Below, piece after piece: positions 48,778 to 60,472 of a DNA stretch of 64,000 nt. The number at the start of each line of letters is the position of its first letter. Positions within the stretch are counted from its first letter, which is position 1. This DNA comes from a bacterium (GTDB lineage Bacteria; Patescibacteriota; Dojkabacteria; GCA-016699595), in contig CP064982.1 in the NCBI GenBank assembly GCA_016699595.1, positions 139,647 to 203,646 of the forward strand. The letters are read 5' to 3'. A program made the translations under genes and the position numbers. The notes below the pieces were generated by a model. It worked only from the letters and a program-made list of their open reading frames with translations, was not told the DNA's origin and made no database searches.

Positions 48778-51384
48778 TTACACTACAGCTACTGCCGCAA
48801 CTTTGTCCCCTGCAGCCAGTCTTATCAGATGAACTCCCTTTGTTTGCCTATTTAACTCTCGAAGACCTTTTAGTGGTATCCTTATCATTTGCCCAAGTTC
48901 AGAAGTGATAAGTAGCTCCTTATCTGGATGATCCATTATCCTAGCAGCTACTAAATTGCCTGTTTTTGTATCTACATCATGAGCAAAAATTCCACTTCCT
49001 CCCCTATTTTGTACTTTGAATTCATCTAATCGGGTGATCTTTCCAAAGCCATTTGCAGTAACTGTCAGCATAACATTCTCAAGAGTTCGAACTATATCCA
49101 TAGATATCACTTCGTCACCCTCTTTTGCAAAGCGGATTCCTATAACTCCCATACTGGATCTGCCTGTTGGATTTACATCTTTTTCTTGAAAATGTATCGA
49201 TTTCGCAAGTTTGGTCACGAGTAGCAAAGTATCTGTGCCTGTTGTTGGTTTCACCCAAACTAGTTCATCATCTTTGTCAAGCTTGATAGCGATTAAACCA
49301 TTTTGTCTTATACTTTCATATTCTTCAATTGAAGTTTTCTTGACAGTTCCATACTTTGTTGCAAAAAACAAAAATTTATAATCTTTTTTAGCCTCAACCT
49401 TTTCTTCACCTTCTTGAGTTATATCCTCATCTACAAATTTGCCATTACTATGAGTTAGCATTGAAGTAACTCTTTCCCCTACTTCAAGATTTATTACATT
49501 TACTATACTCTGACCTTTTGCAGTTCTACCAAACTCAGGTATATCATAAACCTTCGTTTCAAATACTCTGCCTTTGTTTGTGAAAAACATCACATAGTCG
49601 TGAGTTGAACAAGAAAGTATATGTAAAACCGCATCTTCTTCTCGAACTTCCATACCTACTTTACCTTTTCCTCCACGATTCTGAACTTGGTAAGTATCTC
49701 TTTTCATTCTTTTGATATATCCTTGTTCTGAAAGTGTAACTATAACTTTTTCTTCCGGAATAAGTTCATCCTCACTCATGACATCAAGTGTTCCTTTGAT
49801 AATTTTCGTTTTCCTTTTATCTTGAAATTCTGTTGCAAGTTTTTCAAAATCTACCAAAATTAATCTCAACAATTTTTCGGGTTTTGAAAGTAATTCTATG
49901 ATTTCATCAATTCTTGCTTTGAGTTTATTGTATTCATCTTCAATCTTGCCTCTTTCAAGTTGTGCAAGTCTTCTTAGTTGCATATCAAGAATAGCTGTTG
50001 CTTGAATTTCACTTAGCTCAAACTTTTGCATAAGCTGACCTTTCGCAACTTCAGCTGATTCGGCATTTCGAATTATTTTTATAACTTCATCAAGATGACT
50101 CAAAGCAATCATCAAACCTTCCAAGATGTGAATTCTTTCTTGTGATTTTGCAAGTTCAAATTCATGTTTCCTGACTTCAACTTCTTGTCTATGTTCTACA
50201 AACAATTCCATAAACTGTTTCAAGTTCAAAACTTTTGGTTCATTTCTGACTAAACAAAGTAAATTTGTATTGAAAGTTTTTTGAAGTTCAGTATATTTGA
50301 ATAAATTATTCAAAATAACTTTTGGTTTAGCTTCTCTTTTCAGTTCAATCACAACTCGAATTCCAAGTTTGTTTGTTTCGTCTCGTATGTCCGAAATTCC
50401 TTCAATTTTCTTTTCTCTGACTAGTTCTGCAATTCTTCCAACTAAACGAGCTTTATTTACTTGATATGGAAGTTCTGTTATGATTATTTCAAATTTTCCA
50501 CCTTTGTTCTCTTCTATTTTTGCGATTCCTCTCATCAGAACTCTTCCACGACCAGTTGCATACATGTTTTTGATTTCACGAGCGTCATATATAACTCCAG
50601 AAGTTGGGAAATCAGGTCCTGGAATTACTTGAAATAGATCATCAATAGTAATTTCTGAATCAAATTTGTGATACCGACTATTACTCAGTTTCTCTAAGTC
50701 AGAAGTAACTTTGATACCTTTTGCGTAGTTTTCATCAAAACTATCTTGAGTGAAGGCTTTACCTTGTTTGATAGTTGCTATAATCCCAGCAAGAAGTTCA
50801 GAAACATTGTGTGGTGGTATTTTTGTTGCCATACCAACTGCAATTCCTTCTGCACCATTCAAAAGTAAATTTGGTAATTTTGCAGGCAATACCAACGGTT
50901 CCTCGTAATTTCCATCATAATTTGGTCCAAAATCAACAGTTTTATCATCAATTTCAGAAATTATTGGTACAGCATTTCCATCCATTCTAACCTCAGTATA
51001 CCTCATAGCAGCTGCTCCATCACCATCAATTGAGCCAAAGTTACCTTGGCCATCTATAAGTGGATACCTCAGTGAAAAATCTTGAACCATTCTCACTAAC
51101 GCATCATAAACTCCAGTATCTCCATGTGGATGATATTTACCAATTACATCTCCAACGACACGAGCTGATTTCTTGTATGCAGTCTTCGGCATCATATTTA
51201 AATTCCACATTGCATATAAAATTCTTCTTTGGACAGGTTTCAAACCATCTCGGACATCTGGAAGAGCTCTGGCAACTATGACGCTCATAGCATAGTTTAT
51301 ATAACTTTTCTTCATTTCATCAACGATTGAAGTTTGTATGATGCCTTTTTCTGTGTTTGTTTGTGTTTGGGTATTTGTATCCAT
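48778..51384 (-). CDS. gyrA: DNA gyrase subunit A
   Basis: 868 aa. …AMRYTE…-type catalytic-Tyr region ([11 protein letters not shown]), a QRDR-like segment and a C-terminal beta-pinwheel repeat domain. Confidence 0.95.
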   Translation of the reverse strand: MDTNTQTQTNTEKGIIQTSIVDEMKKSYINYAMSVIVARALPDVRDGLKPVQRRILYAMWNLNMMPKTAYKKSARVVGDVIGKYHPHGDTGVYDALVRMVQDFSLRYPLIDGQGNFGSIDGDGAAAMRYTEVRMDGNAVPIISEIDDKTVDFGPNYDGNYEEPLVLPAKLPNLLLNGAEGIAVGMATKIPPHNVSELLAGIIATIKQGKAFTQDSFDENYAKGIKVTSDLEKLSNSRYHKFDSEITIDDLFQVIPGPDFPTSGVIYDAREIKNMYATGRGRVLMRGIAKIEENKGGKFEIIITELPYQVNKARLVGRIAELVREKKIEGISDIRDETNKLGIRVVIELKREAKPKVILNNLFKYTELQKTFNTNLLCLVRNEPKVLNLKQFMELFVEHRQEVEVRKHEFELAKSQERIHILEGLMIALSHLDEVIKIIRNAESAEVAKGQLMQKFELSEIQATAILDMQLRRLAQLERGKIEDEYNKLKARIDEIIELLSKPEKLLRLILVDFEKLATEFQDKRKTKIIKGTLDVMSEDELIPEEKVIVTLSEQGYIKRMKRDTYQVQNRGGKGKVGMEVREEDAVLHILSCSTHDYVMFFTNKGRVFETKVYDIPEFGRTAKGQSIVNVINLEVGERVTSMLTHSNGKFVDEDITQEGEEKVEAKKDYKFLFFATKYGTVKKTSIEEYESIRQNGLIAIKLDKDDELVWVKPTTGTDTLLLVTKLAKSIHFQEKDVNPTGRSSMGVIGIRFAKEGDEVISMDIVRTLENVMLTVTANGFGKITRLDEFKVQNRGGSGIFAHDVDTKTGNLVAARIMDHPDKELLITSELGQMIRIPLKGLRELNRQTKGVHLIRLAAGDKVAAVAVV

Positions 51385-51567
51385 ATTTTTGACTCAAATT
51401 ACAAATTTGATTATAACTCAAACTCTTTCAATTTGCATCTTATAATCCCAAGATTAGGTACTTTCTCCTGATATATTGCCAAGTTGCATAAGTATGTTAT
51501 AATTTAAATACAATAACTCATCTCTACCGAGATAATACCCCAAGTTATATCTGTAGTTTATATCTTT

Positions 51568-52173
51568 ATGATCAGAAATAAATTACGCAATTTTTCAGGT
51601 ATGCCAATACTTTTTGGTCTAAATTTATTTGTATTTTTGATGCTCCTTAGTTTTTTAAGACCACTAGACATCGTATATGGGAAGAGTAATGACGATCACA
51701 AGACTTGGATTTGTCATGTAAATAATTCTAATGTATATGGAAGTTGTGGATTCAACTTAATTGAAGTTGACAATGATTCTATAGATGGAGAAGGTACAAA
51801 CGATCACACTCAACATCCTTGTGAAGCATTCCCAGAAGTAGTCATACAGGATATAATTCCTGCAATTGATTCAAATCGTGATGGTCAGCTGGATAAAGAC
51901 GATTGCTATTGTTCTATTGATCAGTCGTTTTGCCCAATTTCAAATACATCTAGTTCAACAAGCTCAGCTACAAGCATAGTATCTTCGGACACTTCGACGA
52001 CATCATCTATAAGTTCCTCAAATTCTAGATCTACGAGTTCAGGTAGTATAATTGATAATGGAGAAGTTGGAGGTGTGCAAGACTATGATCCACAGAATTA
52101 TACTAAATCAAATGTTTTGGTAGATACAGGAAGTGAAAACCTTGTTTTGAGAATTGTAAACTTTATTTTCTAA
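51568..52173 (+). CDS. Secreted Cys-containing protein with a dockerin/EF-hand-like Ca-loop and a Ser/Thr-rich linker
   Basis: 201 aa. N-terminal signal/TM, DSNRDGQLDKDD (DxNxDGxxDxxD), then a ~45-aa poly-S/T stretch. Confidence 0.4.
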   Translation: MIRNKLRNFSGMPILFGLNLFVFLMLLSFLRPLDIVYGKSNDDHKTWICHVNNSNVYGSCGFNLIEVDNDSIDGEGTNDHTQHPCEAFPEVVIQDIIPAIDSNRDGQLDKDDCYCSIDQSFCPISNTSSSTSSATSIVSSDTSTTSSISSSNSRSTSSGSIIDNGEVGGVQDYDPQNYTKSNVLVDTGSENLVLRIVNFIF

Positions 52174-52636
52174 TTTTTGAAGTTCAATTCGATTAAACTA
52201 CAATATCCAGCTAATTTAGAGATAACCATCTCAACTATCTTTAGAGAGGTCATTATAATCTCCATCATAACATCTATATTGAGACTTTTTGAAAATAACT
52301 TCAAGTACAGAAATCTATTCATGAGTAAAACTATCGCATTGATCAATTAAATGCATTTATTTTCAGCTTGATTGGTATAGTGATATAACTATTAGTTGAT
52401 CAGTATTATAGGTATTAGTACTTGTCAAAGGTTATAAATTTAATTATGAAAAGGCTTGATTGGGTAAAATGATAATAGAAGGAATAATCTAACGTAATCT
52501 AAATTTAGTAACATGACCCTTTATGAGATTTAGACAAATCAGTCATATTAAAATTCTTGATTGAGTAGGTTTTGTGGGTTGGCTATATTTATGGTAGAAT
52601 GAATGCAAATGTGATGTGAAACTAGTAACAAATCCA

Positions 52637-54454
52637 CTACAAGTCAATAGACTCTACATCAGCCCTTATCTGTTCGAGTCCAACTGCCCATGTGGCTTTG
52701 TCCCTTAAGTCAATCCCTAATCCCAAAAGTATCTGATTAGGCGATCTATCAGAACCCGCACTCAAAAATTCTTTGATCATCTGTATATTCTGCCTATTCT
52801 CCCTGACTTTAGCTTGTAAAATCTTGCTAACAAGAAGGCCGAAAGCATAACTATAAACATAAAAATGCATCCGAATATGTGACCAATGTATCCAGAAGTT
52901 CTCATAACCTTCAAGATTTATACTTTCTCCAAGATATGATTTCATATGCTCTTTGAAAATACTGCCAATATCCTCGTTGCTGAGATACTTTGTACGACGA
53001 AAAGTTTCATTTAATTCTAGTTCAAACTTATAGCAAGCTATTTGTCTAAAAATAGTAGAAACTTCATCATCTAGTCGCCTAAATTTGAGAGAGAGTAGCT
53101 CTTCTGGCTTTTGAGTACTTTTCATTTCTTCAAGTACAAAGTCTTCAAAAAAAGTTGAAGCAACTTCAGCTGTACATGTACTATGACTTGCATTCAAAGG
53201 GTCGTCTGTGTATTTACGATTTGTGAAAGTACCATTTATCCCATGACCCATTTCATGTGCTATAGTCAAAATATCTCTTTGTTTGCCTGTGTAGTTTAGC
53301 ATGATCCATATAGGTAAACTTGGAGTGGTTGTCATGCAAAATGCTCCTCCACCTTTACCCTTTTTGGGATACACATCTATCCTAGAACTGTCTAGAAAAT
53401 CATCAAAGATCTCTGTAAATTCGCTGTCAAGATTATCAAATACTTTTCTAACGATTCTGCAAGCTTCAGTATAATCGTAAGTTTCATCAGCTACTCCAGA
53501 TATAGGTATCGATTTTTCAGGATACTCCAATTTTTCTTTGCCTAGCAATTCCGATTTCAATTTATAAAACTTTTGTGAAATATCAAAATTTTCACTTACA
53601 ACTTGAATCAATGTATCGACAATTTCTTTCTCAAGATCATCATCCAAAACTCTCTCTTGATCAACAAATTGAAAATTTCTCAGTTCATCAGTTGACGCTT
53701 TGTCTTGCAAAATTGAGTTTAACTCTGCTGTAGCAACACTGGAATGTTTCTCAAATATTTGAACTACATTTTTGATGGCAAGTTCACGGGCAGATTTATT
53801 CGTTGAGGTCGTTAAACTTAATAAAGTATTGAAAGGCATTTTTACTTCTTGATTTGACTCATCCAAACTTATCATCTCTTCGTTATCAATTAATTCGGTA
53901 GTAAGCTTGATCCAATTTGTCCTACTAGTGGATTCTTTCATATTCAATACTTTCTCTTCTTTTTCACTCAACAAATGTTCGCCTTCAGTAAAACAGCGGT
54001 TCAAAAAGTGTTTCCATTTCGCAAATGCAGATGAATTCAAAATTTGTATTTGAACTTCCTTTGGTAATCTAGAAATAGCAAGCAAGTAAAAAATCGTATT
54101 GTTGTTTGCTCTTTCTCTTGTAGCTTCTACCTTTTTGTCCAAGAGCTTTGCTTCGTTGGAATTTTGATTCAATTCCAAAAATAAAGCTGCATAAAGTTCT
54201 GCTTTTGTGATGCCGAACTTTGATATGTATGCTTCATAATCCAAGATAGATTCCAACACACTATCCAAACAATACTTCGTGTTTTCTGCAAAGTATAAAT
54301 GCCATTTATCTTTAAATTCAGAAGAACCTTTGAGCAAATTTTCTAATTCCAAATCAATAGCTGGATCGTTATATGAGTCAAATAGTAGGTTCAGATTCCA
54401 GCTATATTTCATGACTTTTTCGAGGTTGTCTGTGTCCATTATTTTCGTTATCAT
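52637..54454 (-). CDS. pepF: Oligoendopeptidase F (M3 family zinc peptidase)
   Basis: 605 aa with the HEMGH zinc motif (…TIAHEMGHGINGT…). Size and layout match M3B PepF. Confidence 0.85.
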   Translation of the reverse strand: MITKIMDTDNLEKVMKYSWNLNLLFDSYNDPAIDLELENLLKGSSEFKDKWHLYFAENTKYCLDSVLESILDYEAYISKFGITKAELYAALFLELNQNSNEAKLLDKKVEATRERANNNTIFYLLAISRLPKEVQIQILNSSAFAKWKHFLNRCFTEGEHLLSEKEEKVLNMKESTSRTNWIKLTTELIDNEEMISLDESNQEVKMPFNTLLSLTTSTNKSARELAIKNVVQIFEKHSSVATAELNSILQDKASTDELRNFQFVDQERVLDDDLEKEIVDTLIQVVSENFDISQKFYKLKSELLGKEKLEYPEKSIPISGVADETYDYTEACRIVRKVFDNLDSEFTEIFDDFLDSSRIDVYPKKGKGGGAFCMTTTPSLPIWIMLNYTGKQRDILTIAHEMGHGINGTFTNRKYTDDPLNASHSTCTAEVASTFFEDFVLEEMKSTQKPEELLSLKFRRLDDEVSTIFRQIACYKFELELNETFRRTKYLSNEDIGSIFKEHMKSYLGESINLEGYENFWIHWSHIRMHFYVYSYAFGLLVSKILQAKVRENRQNIQMIKEFLSAGSDRSPNQILLGLGIDLRDKATWAVGLEQIRADVESIDL

Positions 54455-54534
54455 AATTAAATAAAAATACCTTTGACAGGTTTTCTTGGTATGGTCAATT
54501 TATAATTGCATTCATTTAACAATATTGAAATAAT

Positions 54535-55002
54535 GTGTATATGAATGTCACACAAATTCTTGAACAAATTACAAGTTTAGTATCAACGAATGGATGGATT
54601 GCCATTGTCGGTGTAGTGCTTTTGATATTTGTCTATTCTATCATAAAAAAAACTTTGAAGATATCTATCCTAGCTTTGTTGGCAGTTCCATTGTCATTGT
54701 TACTGTCAAGGTTGTATACCTATTTCATTTTTGGTGACCATTCATCGAGTTTGATATCACTAATACTACAATGGAAAGTTTTGGACACGCCAAATGAATA
54801 TGTACTGTTGATACTTGTGATAGGATTTATAGTCATGAGTGAAATGAAATGTCTGGGATTCTTGATTTCCATTGTAGCAACTGGATATGCGTTCTTGAGG
54901 TATTTTTTGGGAGAAAATTCACTACCCGATCTGTTAGTTCCAACATTTATAGCAGTTTTGAGTATATTTATTGCTAGACGGATATTTGCAAAAGTTAGAT
55001 AA
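54535..55002 (+). CDS. Small polytopic membrane protein of unknown function
   Basis: 155 aa, about 4 TM helices. Confidence 0.4.
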   Translation: MYMNVTQILEQITSLVSTNGWIAIVGVVLLIFVYSIIKKTLKISILALLAVPLSLLLSRLYTYFIFGDHSSSLISLILQWKVLDTPNEYVLLILVIGFIVMSEMKCLGFLISIVATGYAFLRYFLGENSLPDLLVPTFIAVLSIFIARRIFAKVR

Positions 55003-55085
55003 ATATTATTTTCAATAATATGGCATTATAAATTATATTGAGTCATTTAAGTCCACCTTAATCATAATTACAGAAAGTTATCACA

Positions 55086-57209
55086 CTATTCATTCTTAAT
55101 CGCTTTTTTGACTTGTTTGACTAATTCTAAATCCATGATATCTGCAAATTTGAACTTTGGAATTCCAGATTGTTCAAGGCCTGCGATGTCCCCTACTCCA
55201 CGATTTAGCATGTCATATTCTGCAAGCTCCATCCCATTAGAATGATTCGAAAAATACTCTAAACGAAGATTTTGAATCTGTTCTTTTTCGGAAATTTCAA
55301 AATCATCTGCAGGTTGAGTCGAATTAGATGGAGTTTTGAACAAGAGGCAATAAGATTTACGATCTCCCCGACCTACTCTACCTCTCAATTGATGAAGTTG
55401 AGCAAGTCCAAATCGTTCTGCAGATTCTATAACTATAATGTTTGCATTCGGTATGTCAATTCCTACTTCGATGACTTGTGTAGTTACCAAGATGTCAATA
55501 AGTTGGTCATTGAACCTTTCAAGAATATCTTGTTTTTCGGACTCCTTCAGTTTTCCATGTAATAGAGCGACTTTGAAATTCTCAAACTCACCTTTGATTA
55601 CCTCGTATTCCTTTTTGACATTTTTTAGATCCAAAGTTTCAGATTCTTCAATAATCGGACATATAATATATGCTTGACCACCATTTTGCAGTTCATTCTT
55701 CATCCAACTATATGAATCAACTCTTTTGTTTTCAGGCACAACGTAGCTACTAATTGGTATTCTTTTTGATGGTAGGGAATTGATTCTGGAGATATCAAGG
55801 TCAGCAAAATAAACCTCTCCAATTGAACGAGGAATCGGAGTTGCAGTCATCATAAGGTAATGAGGAACAAACTTTTTACTATTTTGGTTTCCATTTTTTT
55901 CAAATTTCAAAAGTTTTTCTCTTTGTTCTACACCAAATCTATGCTGTTCATCTATGATAACTAGTCCTACATTAGACAGTCTCTCTTCTGCTTGATACAA
56001 AATTGCATGAGTTCCAATGAAAAGAGTTGGAGTTCTTTTAGATTTGTCATTTTTTTTGTCAATCTTACTAACTTTAGATTTACTTACAATGCTAGTTACA
56101 AGATTTATATCAAAGTCAAAGCTAAATTTCAGGGCATCTTTGAATTTGACAAAACTCTCATAATGTTGTTTAGCAAGCAAAGTTGTTGGGCATAAAAAAG
56201 CTACATCCAGTGAGTTTTGAAGTACTAAAAACGAAACTATAGCAGACAATATAGTCTTTCCGCTACCTACTTCTCCTTGCAGTAAACGGCTCATCGGGGT
56301 TGACTTAGCTATATCTGTCAATATTTCTTCTAGTGAGGTTTGTTGGTCTTTTGTTAGTTGAAAAGGTAAGTTTATATAATTATCCAAATTATACAAAAAT
56401 TCTTTTACACTCAAATTCTCAAAATTACTATTACTAAACTTTATATTGACTGCCTGTATTTTTGTTCTCTCGCTTTTCAGCTCATATGCTTTTTTAAGAA
56501 TGTGATATATCTCGTCAAAGCCTAATCTCCTTTTTGCTTTATCAAGCATATCGAAACTCTTGGGAAAGTGAATGTTTGAGATCGCTGTTTGATAATTAAT
56601 CAAATTATTGTCAATCCTGACTTGTGTGCTTAGATGATCTGGAATAATGTTTGCCTTAGAAAGTATAGTTGATTCGTTTATACTTAATTCTTTCAATATA
56701 TAAAGAATCTTGCTTCTGATAAGTTTACTTGAAATACCTTTGGTTTCTCTATATATTGGAGTAATTTTTGCTAAATGCATTGATTTTCTACCATCTTTCA
56801 ATTTCTCAAATTCTGAGATTTGCAATTTAATTAATTTCAATGTTGAGTTTTTTGCTAGTTTCCCATACATTATGTAGTATTCCCCTACTTCCAAAGCCTT
56901 CAACATAAAAGTTTGATTGAACCAATATATTTCAGCCTTTGAATAGTCTTCATCTTCTACTTGTGTAAGTACAAAACTTTTTCCGTACTTTGTGCGAATG
57001 AGCTTATTATTCGTAACTTTCACAATGAAAGAGCAATTCTCGTCTTCTTCAATATCTTTAATTTTTTTTACATTTCTAGTATCCATGTATGTTCTCGGAA
57101 AATACTTCAATAAGTCAAATGCATCAAATATACCTATACTGTTCATGGCTGAAACGGACTCAGTGTTCATAAGTGGAAGTTTGTATATTGGGGTCTGCAA
57201 ATTCATCAA
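55086..57209 (-). CDS. recG: ATP-dependent DNA helicase RecG
   Basis: 707 aa. N-terminal wedge/OB domain, then an SF2 helicase core (GEVGSGKT, DEQHRFGV, …HQLRGRVGRG…). Confidence 0.9.
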   Translation of the reverse strand: MMNLQTPIYKLPLMNTESVSAMNSIGIFDAFDLLKYFPRTYMDTRNVKKIKDIEEDENCSFIVKVTNNKLIRTKYGKSFVLTQVEDEDYSKAEIYWFNQTFMLKALEVGEYYIMYGKLAKNSTLKLIKLQISEFEKLKDGRKSMHLAKITPIYRETKGISSKLIRSKILYILKELSINESTILSKANIIPDHLSTQVRIDNNLINYQTAISNIHFPKSFDMLDKAKRRLGFDEIYHILKKAYELKSERTKIQAVNIKFSNSNFENLSVKEFLYNLDNYINLPFQLTKDQQTSLEEILTDIAKSTPMSRLLQGEVGSGKTILSAIVSFLVLQNSLDVAFLCPTTLLAKQHYESFVKFKDALKFSFDFDINLVTSIVSKSKVSKIDKKNDKSKRTPTLFIGTHAILYQAEERLSNVGLVIIDEQHRFGVEQREKLLKFEKNGNQNSKKFVPHYLMMTATPIPRSIGEVYFADLDISRINSLPSKRIPISSYVVPENKRVDSYSWMKNELQNGGQAYIICPIIEESETLDLKNVKKEYEVIKGEFENFKVALLHGKLKESEKQDILERFNDQLIDILVTTQVIEVGIDIPNANIIVIESAERFGLAQLHQLRGRVGRGDRKSYCLLFKTPSNSTQPADDFEISEKEQIQNLRLEYFSNHSNGMELAEYDMLNRGVGDIAGLEQSGIPKFKFADIMDLELVKQVKKAIKNE

Positions 57210-57407
57210 AATTATTCTAACAAATTTGAGTTTTCTTTCAAACGAGTGTATTTAGTTTTATTCAGGTGAGAAACTGAAAGTGTTTTGATATCAAGCTTTG
57301 TACCTTCTTTAAGTAACTTTGAAAAAATTCTTTTTTTACGATATACTCTTTTCATAAAACAATGTTTATAATTGATCTTTGTTTAGCCTCAAGCTAAATT
57401 GAGATGA

Positions 57408-57818
57408 TTGAAAAATATGGGTCATACCACAATGGGACAAATTGATTTCACTTCATTCAATCCTCCAAAAGGATCGTTGAAGGGGTCATATAAAAAGAAA
57501 GTAGATAAAAACAAGAAGTTTAGTTCAACAAAGCAATCATTCAGCGAAAGAATGAAGGATCAAAAGGTTAGTTTTGAAGATAACAAACTTCAAGAATCAA
57601 CTCAAGGTTCAGATATGAAAAACCCTAGATTTGGACAATCATTCAGAAAGTATAACGAAAATGACAAATATGCTAAAAACCATAGTCATAATAAAGACAA
57701 GACAAAAAAGATAGGTCCTTCAAAATCAAAGTTCTTCAAAAAAAGAGTTGAAGACAAAAAGTTCGACAAGCCCAAAACTTTTACAAAAGATGAAGTCAAA
57801 GCAGAATTAGGCTTCTAA
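57408..57818 (+). CDS. Lys-rich, highly basic small protein of unknown function
   Basis: 136 aa, about 30% Lys/Arg, predicted disordered. Confidence 0.35.
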   Translation: MKNMGHTTMGQIDFTSFNPPKGSLKGSYKKKVDKNKKFSSTKQSFSERMKDQKVSFEDNKLQESTQGSDMKNPRFGQSFRKYNENDKYAKNHSHNKDKTKKIGPSKSKFFKKRVEDKKFDKPKTFTKDEVKAELGF

Positions 57819-57951
57819 TCTTCATTAGCCTGCAAAAACTGAAAGTAGAGGAATTACGGCTAACAGCAGTATTCCTGTGATAGCCATTATCCACTTAAAG
57901 GCTTTTGTAACCTTTTCTTTCTTGCCTAACTTTTTGATGTTTCTAAATAAT

Positions 57952-59637
57952 CTATTCATTTCTTATAGCAACTATTGGTTGGATTTTCATAGCTCGCATT
58001 ATTGGCAAAAATGATGTGAACATTGTCATAATCATTGTAATTCCATATATCACAGCAATTTTCGCTAGTGGAAAACTTATTAAGCTAAAGTTTCCAAGTT
58101 GGGTATCTTTCAGTAATGCTCTTAATGCATATTCTAGTACATATTTTATATTAGATGTGTTTAAGTATACCATTAGTACATAGCTCAAAACAACTGCTGT
58201 ACAAAAGCTTATAGTGACAAGTAGTATAGAATAAGAAAAGTATATAGCAGCTATATCAAGTCTTCTTGCGCCAAAAGATCGAAATATTGCAATTTCTTTT
58301 GTACTTTCTGTTACAGACCTCATTAAGATAATGAATATCAATATCATTGCGATAGATAAAAAAAATGTCCCGATATATCTAACAGGGTATCTCTCAATCA
58401 TATCTAAAAGTTGCTTCGTCCTGGTAAACTTGGATGTCACATTCGCTACGGTATATTCTTTGCCATTCATATTTACATTATTACCGAGCGTTTGAATATC
58501 CATGTCAGAGAAACCAAAATCATCATTATTCAATCTATAATCATTTAGAAAACTTTCTTTGCTTTGAGTATTTGCAAATTCAATATAATATTTGTTCCAA
58601 GTTAATGTATATTCTTTTAGAAACTTTTCAAAATCTTCATTATTCCTAGCTTGTGAAGCTAATAATAAAATATGACTTTCATCTGAACTATCGTATCCAA
58701 CTATCCTTATACTAAATCTATTATCAAGAATTTCATAACTATCAACGAATTCACTTGAGATGCCCTGTTCATTCTTGTCTCTTGTTGAAGATATAGTACT
58801 TGGGACTAATGCTGCAATATCCATAACTCTACCAATATTGTGTTCTTTTGCTTTGTTTAAGATGCTTATTTTATCTTTAATCGAGCTCAGATCTTCCATA
58901 GGTATGCCTCCATTTGTTGGTTTAGTATAATTTTCTATGTAAAGTTTGCTGTATTCTGGATCAATTTTAGCTAAAAGCTTTTCGGGTATTATGGCATCTA
59001 AAATCCTACTTTCATTTTCTTGGATAGTTTGACCTTTGAATAGGAAAGATTCCAAAAATACTTTATCGGGATATATCTTTATGCCCCATTCAGGACCATA
59101 TACTCCACTTGTCTCATATGTATACAAATATGACCCAGCTGAAATGTAAGCCTTTTTATCATCAACGGTATATATATTTAGTACATCAAATCTAGGGGAT
59201 ATATTTGTTACTAGATTATGGTTTTCGAGATCTGGATTTTGTTCTGTAAGCTTGTTTTTGTTTATGAAAGTGACGGTTGACTCGTAGAATGCAATAGGAT
59301 TGTATTTTCCTAAAAAAGAAAACTCGTTAAATGATAAAGGAACATTTGTACATTGAAAGTTGTCTCCATTTGTATCTATCTCATATTGACTGTGTACTAA
59401 ACTATTTAGTTCATAGGGATTGTTGCAAGTCACTCGTGAGATTGCAACCAATGCTTTTTTGTCACCTATATCTTTTAGTGCATCTTCAATAACTTTTTGG
59501 ATAGAATTCAACAAGATTACTCCGCTGGTCAATATAAATACTCCAATTATTACAATACACCCTGAAAATATATTGGAGAGTTTTTTTGTTTTGAATTTTT
59601 TTGTTGATATAGAAAATGAATCCTTTATTTTCATCAT
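57952..59637 (-). CDS. ABC transporter permease, MacB/FtsX family (N-terminal TM, large extracytoplasmic domain, C-terminal FtsX 3-TM bundle)
   Basis: 561 aa. The topology and C-terminal FtsX-like TM helices are clear. The gene lies immediately downstream of the ATPase. Confidence 0.75.
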   Translation of the reverse strand: MMKIKDSFSISTKKFKTKKLSNIFSGCIVIIGVFILTSGVILLNSIQKVIEDALKDIGDKKALVAISRVTCNNPYELNSLVHSQYEIDTNGDNFQCTNVPLSFNEFSFLGKYNPIAFYESTVTFINKNKLTEQNPDLENHNLVTNISPRFDVLNIYTVDDKKAYISAGSYLYTYETSGVYGPEWGIKIYPDKVFLESFLFKGQTIQENESRILDAIIPEKLLAKIDPEYSKLYIENYTKPTNGGIPMEDLSSIKDKISILNKAKEHNIGRVMDIAALVPSTISSTRDKNEQGISSEFVDSYEILDNRFSIRIVGYDSSDESHILLLASQARNNEDFEKFLKEYTLTWNKYYIEFANTQSKESFLNDYRLNNDDFGFSDMDIQTLGNNVNMNGKEYTVANVTSKFTRTKQLLDMIERYPVRYIGTFFLSIAMILIFIILMRSVTESTKEIAIFRSFGARRLDIAAIYFSYSILLVTISFCTAVVLSYVLMVYLNTSNIKYVLEYALRALLKDTQLGNFSLISFPLAKIAVIYGITMIMTMFTSFLPIMRAMKIQPIVAIRNE

Positions 59638-59806
59638 ATTAGTTTTGAAAATCTATGTAATTATTGTAATATTAATAATAATTATAGAAAGTGTCATTTT
59701 TGAGTTTATAAAGTTTAAGCCAATTCACTATTTAGTGTGCAGACAAACACATTTTTACATTAGTACTTTTTATTGATATTTCAAATAAATTCGTGCTAAC
59801 TAAGTT

Positions 59807-60472
59807 TCAAGTAGTTAGCTTTCCATCTTCAATTCGAATTATCCTATCACAACTTTCAGCTATTTTTTCATCATGTGTTACAATTATTATTGTAGAGTTA
59901 CTTTCATTATGAATCTTTCTGAAGAGTTTCATAACCTCATCGCTATTTGTTCTGTCTATATTTGCTGTGGGTTCATCAGCTAGTATGATTTGTGGCTTTC
60001 CTACTATAGCTCTCGCTATTGCTACTCTTTGCATTTGACCGCCTGAGAGTTCTTTTGGCAAATGATTTAGCCTATCTGCAATCCCAACTTGCTTTGCAAC
60101 TTCAATAGCCATTAGCTCTCTTGTAGATTTAGTAATATTTCTAAAAAATAAAGGAACTTGTATATTTTCCAAAACTGTAAGGTAATTTTGCAAATAGAAC
60201 ATTTGAAAAATGAAGCCAATTGTCAGGTTTCTATATTCTGAGAGTTGAGAATCATTCAGTTCTGCTATGTTTTTTCCATTAACCGAGATTTCTCCAGAAG
60301 TCGGTTTGTCAATTCCACCAATCATTTGCATCAAAGTTGATTTACCTGAACCTGAAGGTCCGACAATTGCGATAAATTCATTGTGTTCAATCTCAAGAGT
60401 TATATTGTGAAGAGCATGAACTTCAACTTTTGCAACTTTGTAAGTTTTTGAGAGATTTCGAATTTGTAGCAT
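59807..60472 (-). CDS. ABC transporter ATP-binding protein (MacB/LolD-type)
   Basis: 221 aa. Walker A (GPSGSGKST), Q-loop, signature LSGGQMQRVAIARA, Walker B (ILADEPT) and an H-loop. Confidence 0.9.
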   Translation of the reverse strand: MLQIRNLSKTYKVAKVEVHALHNITLEIEHNEFIAIVGPSGSGKSTLMQMIGGIDKPTSGEISVNGKNIAELNDSQLSEYRNLTIGFIFQMFYLQNYLTVLENIQVPLFFRNITKSTRELMAIEVAKQVGIADRLNHLPKELSGGQMQRVAIARAIVGKPQIILADEPTANIDRTNSDEVMKLFRKIHNESNSTIIIVTHDEKIAESCDRIIRIEDGKLTT

